Source: Octopus bimaculoides
Taxonomy: Eukaryota
Length of the DNA: 64,000 nt
Direction: 5' to 3'
Assembly: GCF_001194135.2 (NCBI RefSeq)
Contig: NC_068982.1
Span: 68,267,300-68,331,299 of the forward strand
The translations under genes and the position numbers were made by a program. Position 1 is the first letter of the stretch. Each line of letters begins with the position of its first letter. Of this stretch, positions 51,637 to 64,000 are shown piece after piece. The notes below the pieces were generated by a model. That model ran no database searches. It saw only the letters and a program-made list of their open reading frames with translations, and was not told where the DNA came from.

Positions 51637-53209
51637 GCATGCATGCATATATATGATGGGCTTTTTTCCATTTCCATCTACCAAATCCACTCACAAGGCT
51701 TTGGTCATCCTGAGGCTGTAAAGTAGAAGACACTTACCCTAGGTGCCATGCAGTGGGACTAAACCCAAGTAGACATGGTTGGGAAGCAAGCTTCTCAAAC
51801 ACACAACCATGACTGTTTACCTTTTATCTTTTATTTGTTTCAGTCATTAGAATGTTATTCTATCAATCTCCTTTGCCAAACCACAAAGTTATGGGGACAT
51901 AAACACACCAAACATTGGTTGTCAAGTGGTGGTGGGAGAAAAACAAAAACGCACACACATACACATAGGTTATGTTTAAAATCAAAGTTTAGATAGGAGA
52001 CTTTGAAATGTAGTATCCAAACCTTGTTTTGACTATGTCCCTAGTAGTGTGCCTTGAGAGCATGTTCACCACTTACAGCTACCAGGTGTCATCCACAGTA
52101 CTGCACTTTAGTTGCAGGTTCTACATAAGGAATTCCTTGGTGCACATTTACTATATTTTAAATAAGTGATAAGGAAGACAAATGCTTACAGTACATTCTG
52201 TCTTCCCTATCAATTATTTAAAAAACACACACACACATACACACACAATGGGCTTCTTTCAATTTCTGTCTACTAAATCCACTCACAAAGCTTTGGTCAG
52301 CCTGAGGCAATAGTAGAAGAGATTTGCCCAAGGTGTCATGCAGTGGAATTGAACCCAGAATCATGTGGTTGGAAAGTGTGTGTGTGTGTGTGTGTGTGTG
52401 AGTGGTTGTCTTGATGTTGTGTAATAGTTGTAAGCAACCATCACCATCATACAAGTGGTGTGTTCATCTTTAATCTTTTATGAAAACATGTTCAGCCATG
52501 GAGAAATATTACTTTGCCTGGAAAGTTGGAGAGTAGAGTCAATAAGTTACAGATCTCAGTACAATTAGTGATTCAGTCACATTGGGGATATAGTCTAGTA
52601 TTAAGCCCAACTTTCTTTTTCCTTTTTTCCTCTTGCTTGTTTCAGTCATTGGACTGCAGTCATACAGAGACACCACCTTGAAAGGTTTTGTTGAACAAAT
52701 CACCCCCAGTGCTAATTTTTAAGTCTGGTACTTATCCTTTCGGTTTCTTTTGCTGAGCTGCTAAGTTAAAGTGACAAAAACAACCTGACACCAGTTGTCA
52801 AGCAGTTTGGGGTGGGGACATATACAAAAACACATACACATACATGATGGGCTTCCACACAGTTTCCATCTGCCAAATTCACTCACAATTGGTTGGCCGA
52901 GATCTTACTGTGGGACTGAACCCAAAACAACATCGCAAAGTAAGCTTCGTAACTATTCAGCTGTACCTCTGCCTATTGAAGACGTTCATTAAAAGAATGC
53001 TTGTTAATTAGGTGAATAACTTTCTTTTGTATGATATAAGCTTGTATTCTTCTGCTAATGTTAATTTCTCTGTTGAAGAAATCACTGAACATGTATTGTC
53101 TGATGTTTTCCTCTGTACACTAGATAATGAGTATAAAGTGAATTATTTGAAGATTGTCAAAGTAGTTAGAAACTGAAGGGATCAAATAATTGCTTCTTGT
53201 TTCTAATAT

Positions 53210-54310
53210 GGGCACAAGGCCAACACCTTTGCGGGAAGCAGGCAAGTCATTTACATTAATCCCAGTACATGACTGGTACTTTATTTTATTGACTCTGGAC
53301 GGATGGAAGGCAAAGTTTGACCTCAAATGGATTTGAACTCAGGATGTAAAGAGCTAGAATAAATACCACAAAGCATTTTGTCTGACACTGCAACAATTCT
53401 AGCATACCACCACCACCCTCAGATATTTGAGTGAGACCTCTGAAGACCAAAGAGGTGAAGGCTGCTGTGCCAACAGCAGTCAAACAATGGGTCAGTTTAT
53501 CCTAAGAAGTAGGTGATAGCTTTAACTAAAGGAGCTGGAGCCATCATTGTTAAAATAATAATAATAATCCTTTCTACTAGGTCTGAAATTTTAGGAGAGG
53601 ATTAGTCAATTACACCAACCCCAGTGTGCAACTGGTACTTATTTCATCAACCCCAAAAGGATGAAAGGTAAAGTCTGCCTTGGCAGAATTTGAACCCAGA
53701 ACATAACGACAGATGAGATGCTGCTAAGCATTTTGTCCAGTGTGCTAATGACTCTGCTCACTCACCACCTTAATAATAATAACAACAACAACAACAATAA
53801 TAATAATAATAATTGTTTCTAATACAAGCACATGGCCAATAACTTTGAGAGGAAGGTTCTAGACAATTACACTGATCCCCAGTATTTGACAGCTACTTTA
53901 TTTTTTATCAACTCCTGAAGGATGAAAAACAAAGTCAAGCTCAGCAGAATTTGAATTCAAAACATAAAGTGCTGGAGAAGTATTTTGTCCAACACTATAT
54001 AATTATTATTATTATTATCATTTCTATTATGGGTACAAGGCCTAAAATTTTGATGCTCAACTGGTATTATTTTATCAACCTTGAGAGAATGAAAGCAGTT
54101 GACCTCAGCAAACATAAAGACAGATGAAATACTGCTAATTGTTTTGTCCCATGTGCTAACAATTCTACCAGCTCAGCACTTGTTAACAGCTCAATGAACC
54201 AGAACAGATACTACAAACCAATTTGTTTAACATGATAATGACTCTACCTGGTCAACTCAAGAGGAATGAAAGGCAAACTTGACCTCAGTGAAACTTAAAC
54301 TCAGAATATA
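53210..54310 (-). mobile_element. Cluster of about five SINE-C copies or fragments separated by (AAT)n
   Basis: Repeated GGTACTTTATTT...GAAAGGCAAAGT...GAATTTGAAC...AACATAAAG. Confidence 0.75.
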
Positions 54311-54872
54311 ACTACATACCTAAAGAGTCTGAAGGCAGTAGGGTAGCAGAAAGAGTGAAATATATTATTTTGATCCTGTTTTGATGTTCATAGCCCACTG
54401 CACTTGAATGTGTCACTCGTCTTACCATGGTCTGTCAAATAATAACAGCCAAGCACTGGAATCAAATTATGTCAGTCACACTTCTGCTTGAAAATGTATG
54501 GCATTGTGCCAAAGTAAGAAATCTAATAAATTTCCACACTGGCAAAATGTCACAAACTGTATATAATGGTTTATAAGCCTGGCAGATGGCCAGAAATCTA
54601 GAATGAGTGATGAGATGGGGGAGGTCTGCTTAATTGAATTAAACTCAATATCTCAGTATTTATAGAATGTACTCTGGAATGATGAACAGCAAAGTTGACA
54701 CTGGTGAGATATGAATTCCAAATGTGAAGGTTTATAAATATAAATACAGAGTATTTTCTCTGGAGTTCTGTTTCTGCCACCCCCACTTCTTTTTAATAAT
54801 AATACTAATGAACAAGATTACCTTTCATAGGATTAAAGGTTTAATAAATTTTGATTAAAATGATACAGGATT

Positions 54873-55120
54873 CTACAGTTCTATATTTAAGAGATGAGGA
54901 ATTATGTACATTATTTATATTCAACGGATATTTGTCCTCATCTTGTTTGTTGTTAATAGTAATAATAATAATAACATTGAAAAATACCTTAGGAATGAGA
55001 ACCCAGGTTCAAAATTTCCCCAAACCACCTGAAGAAGGCTGGAGGGTATGTCAGCCGAAACGGTGTGTTAACAACAAACAAGATGAGGACAAATATCCAT
55101 CGAATTTAAATAATGTAAAT
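54873..55120. mobile_element. Penelope-type inverted terminal-repeat element with hammerhead motif (55026-55067)
   Basis: Exact 31-bp inverted repeat 54926-54956 / 55068-55098 extending to about 56 bp; CAC-CUGAAGA-A-GGCUG..CAGCC-GAAAC-GGU-GUG; 14-bp direct repeat AATGATACAGGATT at 54859 and 55121. Confidence 0.7.
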
Positions 55121-55279
55121 AATGATACAGGATTGTTGAGCTAGATTTAGACAGATTTTAAGTTTGTAAATTTACTCCCTATACTTAGGAGGATCAGTGT
55201 GTGATTACCAAGTGAGTAGTAAGAAAATATATTCTCCCTATATTTAGTGCAATGTTGGGCCTGTGGCAATGGAAAGCAT

Positions 55280-55905
55280 GGGTATGAAACAGTGGCTATG
55301 AAAAACTTGGTTACAACATATTGGCATTGAAATATTAGGTTTGAGGTTTTGGCAGTAATAAATTTGGCTCTGACATATTGGTAATGAAAAATTTGGCTAT
55401 TAGGTGTTGGCAATAAAATAATGACTGTGAGGTATTAGTGAAGGAAAACTTGGCTATGAAGTGTTGGTAGTAATGAAAATCTTGGCTATGAAGTGTTGGT
55501 AATGAAAATCTTGGCTATGAAAAACTTGGCCATGTGGTATTGGCAATGAAATATTAGGTATGAGGTTTTGACAATGAAAAACTTGAGTATTGTGTGTTGG
55601 CAATAAAAAACTTGGCTATGAGGTGTTGGCAATGAAAAATTTGGTTCAAATATTAGCTCTGATTTGTTGGCAGTGAGGATTGGCAATGGAAAATTTTACT
55701 ATGAGGTGTTGGCAATGAAGTAGTGGCTATATGGTATTCATAATGAAAAACATTGATTCTAAAATGTTGGCAATGAAATATTGGCTGTAAGGTGTTGGCA
55801 ATGAAAAACTTGGCTATGAGGTGTTGGCAATAAAGCATTAGCTATGAGGTATTGCTAATGAAACATTGACTATGAGGTGTCAGCTATGAGGTTTTGGCAA
55901 TGAAA
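55280..55905 (+). repeat. Degenerate ~29-bp minisatellite
   Basis: Recurring GGCTATGAGGTGTTGGCAATGAAAAACTT, about 20 units. Confidence 0.85.
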
Positions 55906-57404
55906 AGCTTTCCAGCCATAGAAGCCAAGCCAAAGTAGATAATGGAGCATAATGCATTCTTTGTACCCATTGGACCCTATCAAATAATTTAATCAATGCC
56001 AGTATAAAACTAGGACATTAAATGATCACGAGGAGGATAGCCTTGAAAATAGCATGCATGCCACAAATTCCCTTTATCCATTCAAATTAGCTCTCTCACT
56101 CTCCCACCCCCCTGTGCCTTAAAAACTATTTTCATTAGCATCTTCATTTTTATATTTGAAAGTTACAATATTCAAGTAAAGTATCTAGTACATAGATTAG
56201 ATGTTCCTCTGTTGAGGAAGACAGATTGATAAAATATTGCGGCATGACATCTTTGATATGCTGCTTTGTATACATATATCACAGTGTTTGAGTCATAGCT
56301 GAATAAGTAGTGAGACTACAAGGTAAGGGTGATCTACAAGCCATTATATGGGTTGTACAGAACACTATTAGTTACAGAAATGCTATACAATTTATGTGCA
56401 TTTTATTAGTTGAAATCCACCTGTGAGTGTCACTAGGAGAGATTTTTGCTCCATATACCTGATTTGCCCGAGATACATAATCTGATGATAAAGGCTTCAT
56501 GTGGCATTTTAAAAAGCCAATGGACTATGCAACTAACTTAGCATACTTCTTTCTAACAAAGGTATTAAACATTAACTTTAGGCAAAGGAATTAATTGAAC
56601 TGATCTCAGAACTTGACAAGTACTTTATTTTATAAGCCCTGAAAGGATGAAAGTCAAGGATGACCTCAATAGGATTTGAACCTGGAATGTAAATAGCTCA
56701 AAGAAATACCACAAGGCATTGTCTGGTGTCCTTACAGTTCTGCCAATCCACTGCCCTTGGACTAACCTAGCATAATGCAGTTATACTGTGGTGAATTACA
56801 ATGTAGTTGTTGGAGGGTTTCAAATATTTGCATGCTGCAAACGATTATGTCTCAAAGCAATATGTAATTTAATTTTCTGTATATCTGAGAAGACTTCCTG
56901 TCTAATTCAGAAATAATAATCATTCATTAGTGTTGTTGTCAAGCAAATCATCTTTTGTTTTGTCTTCTGTTGGTCAGACTGCTGTAGATTTAATAATTCG
57001 TTGTGTCTACTTCCATATGAATTATCTGCAACTAGATATCTTTATTTTTATTATATTTAAACATTTTCCTTGATTTTTATATGGTGGCAGGCATGGCTGT
57101 ATGGTTAAGAAGTTTGCTTTAAAACCTTATGGTTAGGAGTTTGGTTTCACTGCATGAATGCTGTCAGCTAACATTCTATACTATAGTCACAGCTCAACCA
57201 ATACCTTGTGAGTGAAACTGGTAAACAGAATCTAAAGAAGCCTGTCATAATATTACCTTATCTAACAATTGTTAGATCTTATTCTATCTAATAACTTCAC
57301 TGGAAAGAATGTCATACCCTATCCTTGGAGGAATTCTACTTAGTACCCAGGACAAAGGCACTGTAAAATTGTTAATCATTTTCTTGATAACCTCCTCTAA
57401 CCTA

Positions 57405-57805
57405 TCTTTTATCTTTTACTTGTTTCAGTCATTTGACTGCAGCCATGCTGGGGTACTGCCTTGAAGGGTTTTAGTCGAACAAATTGACCCTAGGACTTAT
57501 TATTTTTTTGAAGCCTAGCACTTATTCTATCAGTCTCTTTGCTGAACTACTAAGTTAAGGGGATGTAAACACACCACTACCAGTTGTCAAGGCAGTGGTG
57601 GAGGATAAACACACACACACACACACACACACATGTATGATGAGCTTCTTTCAGTTTCTCCTCTAAATCCACTCACAAGGCTTTGGTCAGCCTGAGGCTA
57701 TAGTAGATGACACTTGCCTAAAGTGCTATGCAGTGGAACTGAACATGGAACCAAGTGGTTGAGAAGCAAGTGTCTTGCCACACAGCCACGCCTGCACCTA
57801 TACCT
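57405..57805 (-). mobile_element. SINE-A, full length
   Basis: Reverse-complement match. Confidence 0.88.
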
Positions 57806-58449
57806 ATTTATCCTACCCAGTTATTTGTATTTGGTACCCTTCCCTATTATCCTTTTCAAATCCTCATCTACAATATTTAAATCCCTCATATAAGCATGTC
57901 CCTCACCACTGTAGCAGAATTCAAACTTAGTGTAATCACAGTCACCAAGGCAAATCATTCTGAAGCTTTCCAAATTAATGTTTAACAAGCACTATAATTA
58001 AACAATCTATCACCTACAGTATGATCTAGTTTATAGCTAATGTCACCCTTTACCCTATATATATGTATACTTAACTGGCAAAAGAACCTGTCTTCTTATT
58101 ACTAATGATAGGCATTATCATGTGTTCTATCTACCTTGACTTTGTCTTTTTCCTGGTTATTTTAATAATTCATTTGAAAAACATTGATTAAAAAAAACCC
58201 TAACTCTGTTAAATCTCTATTGCATCTATCCTATAGTTTATAAGTATGTAAAGGGAACACAATCTTATGTGAAGTTTTCAAATCATTGTTTTCTAAGCCT
58301 ATCCCAAATTAGATATTTGCATCTAGTTACATACTTCTATTTAATCTTATGTTGTAGCTACATTGTCTTCTTAAAATCAGCTATGAAAAATGTACATTGT
58401 CTGCTTGGTTTTCATCCAATGTGTTACCAAAATCTAAAACCCTATTAGT

Positions 58450-58770
58450 CATATCTAGTGGATGAATACTAGAGGTCACTAATCCAAAAATTCTCCTTCT
58501 CCAGAAGTGATTTCCTGTTTTTGTTTTTTTTTTTGTTTTTTTTTTTACTCTTTATTTGCTACCTGATCAATAACTTGTATTCTACAGTTTTCAAACCCAG
58601 AACTATGCTCCCTGAAATGTTTATAAATGTATTGATTCTTGCTAAGTTTAAACACCTCTGTATATCCATTAAGATGTTGGTGTAATGTCTGAGTAGTTTG
58701 TTCTACATATTGCATACCAAACTCCTTACAATGTATAAAATAAACAACTAACATACACTGTCAATAATAA
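58450..58770 (-). mobile_element. Penelope-like element GIY-YIG endonuclease remnant
   Basis: LVVYFIHCKEFGMQYVEQTTQTLHQHLNG...YKHFREH...IQVIDQ, then LLEKENFWISDL in a following frame. Confidence 0.75.
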
Positions 58771-59144
58771 ACTTTTTGCCTAATCCACAATACAAACTGT
58801 TATACCCTTTGCCTGCATTTGCTAACAACATAATTGCACTGATTTTCAGATAAGTAATATTTTTTTTTCTTTAGTATTTATGGAGCCTAGAATTTTTAAA
58901 GCAGCTCTTTTTGGTGACATATAACCCACTCAAACGGGCTCAAACCAGAGAGAAGTAGCTAGCTGCCAGATATTGTTTAACATCTAATGGATGTTTCCTG
59001 GTATAATTTCATTAATACTGAGATTCCCATTTACAATAACAATATCAGACTGTTCAGTTCACAGCTTTTCTAAACCTTATAACCAGATCAAAATTACGAG
59101 CGATATTGCTTAAATAATAGTGTTGTCTCCACCCTTTCAATTAA

Positions 59145-59361
59145 CCCTTTTGATACCAACCTGCCTGAGATGCCCTGCATCTATGATTCACACTTTCTGC
59201 TTTAAAGTTAAATAAAAATTTCAAGAAATTTTAAAATTAAAATCTTGCATCAAAATTTCATTTTATATTCCAAACAGTAATTTTACTAAATTCTTCAGGA
59301 TTTTCAAACTTAATTGAAACTAAAGCTATGTATTTCATTAGAAATATGGTAACAAAAAGTG
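59145..59361. mobile_element. piggyBac-type MITE, second family
   Basis: TTAA|CCCTTTTGATACCA ... TGGTAACAAAAAGTG|TTAA, imperfect TIR. Confidence 0.7.
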
Positions 59362-61880
59362 TTAAAAAAACAAATGACTAATGATATCCTCTCCTTGTTC
59401 TTTTATCTTGCAAGTTATTTGACAACCTCACAGGTGTCAGTGGCACAAAAAAAGCACCCAGCATACACTATAAAGTGGTTGGCATTAGGAAGGCTATCCA
59501 GCTGTAATAGTTGACATTGGAGCACCACATGGCTCTAGGACTCACTGAATCCTATCAAACCATTGAACCCATGCCAGCATGAAAAGTAGACATTAAATGA
59601 TGATATATATATAGTTATCACTGTATCGACTAAACTATCAGATGTTGTACATCATTGGTTGCAATGTGTTTCCTTGCATTCTTGTAGCTTTCAAATGAAG
59701 GCACCCAGGTGGCTAGTTGGGATGGCTTAGTTGGGATGGCTAACATTTCCTCTGAACAAAATGTCAATCCTTTGCAAAGTTACACATTTACTGCTGAACA
59801 AACAGGAGTAACGTGAAATGAAGTGCTTTTCACAAGAACACAATGCACAGCAAGTCTGGAAATTGAAACCACAATCTTGCAACTATGAGTGGAACTCCCT
59901 AACCACTAGGCCAGGCACCTTCACACTCTTTATTTCTCTGTTCCAACTTACTTCTATTGACCTTGTAATTTGAGGGGGTGGGACACCTGGACACCTCATC
60001 ATGACTATTTATCTCTTTGCAGCTAATACTTATTCATTCTCTCTCTCTCCTTTAAATGTAAATAGCCATATAGCTCCTCTTCAACAAGAACCTGTACTGC
60101 ACCTATTTCCCCCATTTCCTAGCATAAAACTTGCCTCCTTCCTTTGGGTTTTGTAGTCTTGCAAGCTGCATTACAACCTCACTAATGCTGGTTGCAAGAA
60201 AAAGCACCCAGTACACACTGTAAAATGGTTAGCATTATGAAGGACATCCAGCCATTGAAACCATACCAATGCAGACACTGAAGAACAATAACAGTTCTTG
60301 GATGCATTGGATCCTGTCTAACCTATACTAGCATGGAACATGGACATTAAATAATGATGATGATGATGATTGTGTGTGTGTGTGTGCATGCATGTTTATA
60401 TGATTCATGTTTTCTCCTTGTTTTATATGTGTTTGTTGCCTGTAAAAACAACGGCCTGATTATCAAATACAAACAGTAGTGTATGCTTGCAGTGACCCAC
60501 ATAAATCTTATATACATAACTGGCATAATATAGAGTGATAGAAGGAGAGGAAGGGGAGAATTAAAGGTTAGTTACAGGGAACTGAAATGCTAGAAAGAAA
60601 AAATGTATTTTTTAAAGATGGATGTAAAAGTCATTGCTTACCTTCAGTTCTTACATTTGTCATTCTTACCCATTGTCTCCCCATTTGTCCAGCTCTATAT
60701 CATAATACAACTAGAGTGTTTACAGCTACCACAAAACAACTACTGCAATATTTTGTAACAGGGGACAAAAAAATTAGGATTATATTATTCAATGAGCTTA
60801 ATATTATGATAAATTTAAGTCTGTTTCCCAGTCAGGTGGTTCCAGGTTCAGTCCCATTGTGTGCCCAGGCAACCAAAGCCTTGTGAATGGATTTGAGATG
60901 TGGAAACTGAAAGGAATTCATTGTGTGTGCGTATCTTTGCATTTGGCCCCACTTGACAACCAATGTTGGTTTGTTTACATCACTGTAATTATCAGTTCAG
61001 CAAAATAAGTTCTTAGATCGATTCAGTCAACTAGAACCCTTCAATATCCCAGCATAGCCACAGTTCGATACTGAAACAAGTGAAAGATTGATGGGGGTGC
61101 AGCCCTCACCTAATACACCCAGAATATACTCCTCTATGACACTCTCACAAAAAGATGAAGACTGAAATCAACTTTAGCAGTCATTATTTTATCCAATTTA
61201 TTCAACATCTGGCTTAACAAGGGTTCACTACACTTTTATCATTATCTAGGCTATATCATCTGTTATATGCTTTTAATATTTCTTTTCTATTCAACCAATG
61301 TTTTCCCATACTTATATAGCTTATATAGTTTCATCATTTCTGTTCTCTACATATTTCTATCATCATTTAACATCTATTGTCCATGCTGGCTTGGGTTGGA
61401 TGGTCTGACCAGAGCTGGCAAAATGGGGAGCTGCACCAGACTTCAGTCTGATTTGGCACGGTTTCTATGACTGGATACCCTTCCTAATGCCAGCCACTTT
61501 ACATGGCACTGCATGGGTGCTTTTACATGGCACTGCACGGGTGCTTTTATATGTCACTGCCACAAGTGCTTTTCTATGTATTTAGATATATCAAACTGTC
61601 TCATAATTTCTTTTATAAACTTCCTAATATCAGTTAGAGCTTTTTTGTTTTTGTTTTATCAAGTTTTATAGGCTATTGTTCTCTTTATCCATTAGTTCAA
61701 AATGCTTAGCAGCATTTGTTCCAGCTTCACATTCAGTGTTCAAATTCCTTTCAGGGTCAATTCAGTAAGTAGGGGTATGGTCGATTATATCAAGTTTGGT
61801 ATTTCACTGGTACTTTATTTTATTGATTACTGAAAGATGAAAAGCAAAGTTGACTACTGCAAGATTTGAACACAGAACAT

Positions 61881-62162
61881 CATCATCGTTTAACGTCCGC
61901 TTTCCATGCTAGCATGGGTTGGACGATTTGATTGAGGACTGGTGAACCAGGAGGCGACACCAGGCTCCAATCTGATTTGGCAGAGTTTCTACAGCTAGAT
62001 GCCCTTCCTAATGCCAACCACTCCAAGAGTGTAGTGGGTGCTTTTACGTGCCACCGGCACGAGGGCCAGTCAGGCGGTACTGGCGATGGCCACGCTCGAA
62101 ATGGTGTATTTTACGTGTCACCTGCACAGGAGCCAGTCCAGCTCGAATGTCTTACTGGCAAC
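61881..62162 (-). mobile_element. 5-prime-truncated SINE-B flanked by a 147-bp direct duplication
   Basis: Flanks 61734-61880 and 62163-62309, 6 mismatches. Confidence 0.9.
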
Positions 62163-62916
62163 CAGTGTTCAAATTCCTTTCAGGGTCAATTCACTAAGTA
62201 GGGGTATGGTCGATTATATCAAGTTTGGTATTTCACTGGTACTTTATTTTATTGACTGCTGAAAGATGAAATGTGAAGTTGACTACTGCAAGATTTGAAC
62301 ACAGAACATAAAGAACCAAAAAAAAAAATGTTGCAAGCTGTTTTTTTCCCCAAAACTCTTATGATTCTAGCAATCAATCACCTTATAATAATCATTTCTA
62401 GCATCTGCACAAGGTCTGAAATTTGGGATAAGGGATTAGCTAAAACCAATGACCCCCAATACTTGACTGCTACTTTATCAACTATGAAAGAATGATAGGC
62501 ATAGTTGACTTCGGTGGGATTTGAACTCCGCATTTAGGATGTTTGATAAAGCACCCTAGGCATTTTATCTGACACATTAACAATTGTGTCATCCCACCTG
62601 TAAAGTATAATAATTGTTTCTGATTTAGGCACAATGTCAGCAGTTTTGAAGGCAGGGATTAGTCAATACCATTGGCTTCAGTTCTTTGCTGGTTGTTCAT
62701 TTAATTGACCCTCAAAAGTATGTTAGTTAAAATTGACATTGACAGGATTTGAACACGAAACCTAAAGAGCCAGATGTAATATCACAAGGTATTTTATCTG
62801 ACACTCTACCAGTTCTGTTATTCCTCCATATAAGGTATGATAAAACAGGTTTTATGTATTACACATTTGTTTTTGTTTTTAAATTTACAATGATTATGCT
62901 TGTATACATAGTGTGA

Positions 62917-63255
62917 AGGTACATAGTCTAGCAGTTAGGGTGTTGAACTCATGACCATGAGATTGTAGTACTAATTCCCAGACTGGTTGTGCATTGTGTT
63001 CTTGAGCAAAACACTTCATCTGACATTGCTCCAGTCCACTCAGCTGTGAATGGGTTATCCTTGCAACAGATTGGCATACAAGAGTGAGATGGTGATTCAG
63101 TGGGGAAATCACTCAAACAGAGGTCCTGCAAGCAACATTTTGTATTCAGCAATTAAAGGGATGAATAGTACAACCTGTACTGTGAATCCCAGCTGGTTGG
63201 GATTGGTTGTTCAACCATGTCAAAGGATGATGATGATGCATCATCATCATCATCA
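62917..63255 (+). mobile_element. SINE-E, diverged
   Basis: CTTGAGCAAAACACTTCATCTGACATTGCTCCAGTCCACTCAGCTG with GATGATG tail. Confidence 0.65.
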
Positions 63256-63575
63256 AGTGTTTTAAATCCAGGTTTTGTCCTCATTAACGGGGGTGGCTGG
63301 ATCTACCTCAATGCCATAGCAACTGAGGCAGGCGGGTGCAGCCCACCCCAACCTTTGGGCTGCTGGTGCCCATTCTCCCTTGCTATCATGAGGCTTTTTT
63401 GGAGCTGGATTTTCTACTGGGAGCATGCCCTTACTTACCCCCAACCTCAGTTTCTAGACATGAGTGGTCCTGAGACCAAGGCCTCTGCCACGATTTTTAA
63501 GAAATGTGGGGGAAAACTAGCTCAGGAAGACGGGGGCACTACTCCCTGAGACCCCTTTTGGAGCCCCCCTACCTA
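63256..63575 (-). mobile_element. GC-rich retroelement fragment, possibly an RTE-type 5-prime UTR
   Basis: Minus strand GGTTGGGGGTAAGTAAGGGCATGCTCCCAGTAGAAAATC resembles the SINE-B core GGTTGGCGTTAGGAAGGGCATCCAGCTGTAGAAACTC. Confidence 0.4.
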
Positions 63576-64000
63576 TACATATAATATATAAAAGGACAAT
63601 CTGCATCAAGTTATCCCAAATTCTTATTTGTCACTTGTAAATCCATAGTTGCTAACTTCTTACAATCTGAGTCAATGTGACCTGAGCTGGTGTAGTAGAC
63701 ACATGTATGCATGTGTACACTTGCACATGCATTTCCTGCCCCTCACACTTAACATGCAGAACAATGGGTATTTTCACATTGGTTGGCACATTATAGATTA
63801 TATAACACATTGGTCAATCCTATTATTTCATCAATTAATTAGTACAGATGCTAATATATACCCCATTTTTTTTATGGTATTGATTTAAAAATCTGATTTA
63901 CTTTTATCTTCCAATAAATCTATATTGCTTAGCCTGTCAAAAGAGAATCTTTTTTTTTTTCTCTTTAAAGATTAGATGATGTTTACTTGCAAAAAAAAAC

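Noticed and set aside
55280-55905. CRISPR-like array (also 6400-7150, 26245-26610)
   Set aside because: Degenerate tandem units without unique spacers, eukaryotic context, no cas genes.

Overview
AT-rich eukaryotic (animal) genomic DNA from a gapped scaffold with ten N-runs. The repeat landscape (dense CA/TA/CATA and CAT/GAT microsatellites plus a few very abundant SINE-like families) resembles coleoid cephalopod, probably Octopus, DNA. That assignment is inference from pattern recognition, not a database result. No intact long protein-coding gene is visible; most ORF-track entries are microsatellite or N-run artefacts. The window is dominated by dispersed SINE-like repeats (labelled A-E here) and decayed transposons: two mariner DD34D elements, a maT/DD37D-like element, CR1-like and R4/Dong-like LINE fragments, a Penelope GIY-YIG fragment, piggyBac-type and Tc1/mariner-type MITEs, a probable non-autonomous Helitron and a probable LTR. 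The most notable observations are: (1) a 321-nt tandem repeat at 14.56-15.04 kb with a type I hammerhead ribozyme fold at each unit boundary (retrozyme or Penelope-repeat architecture), next to two more minimal hammerhead variants, with related motifs at 8.9, 42.3 and 55.0 kb; (2) a SINE-B insertion flanked by a 147-bp duplication; (3) a CpG-rich candidate promoter and first exon near 33.8 kb, and a candidate exon at 50.5 kb encoding a 55-aa signal-peptide-bearing ORF that falls below the ORF-track cutoff; (4) minisatellites that appear to have grown out of SINE segments. Repeat boundaries are approximate unless motifs are quoted.
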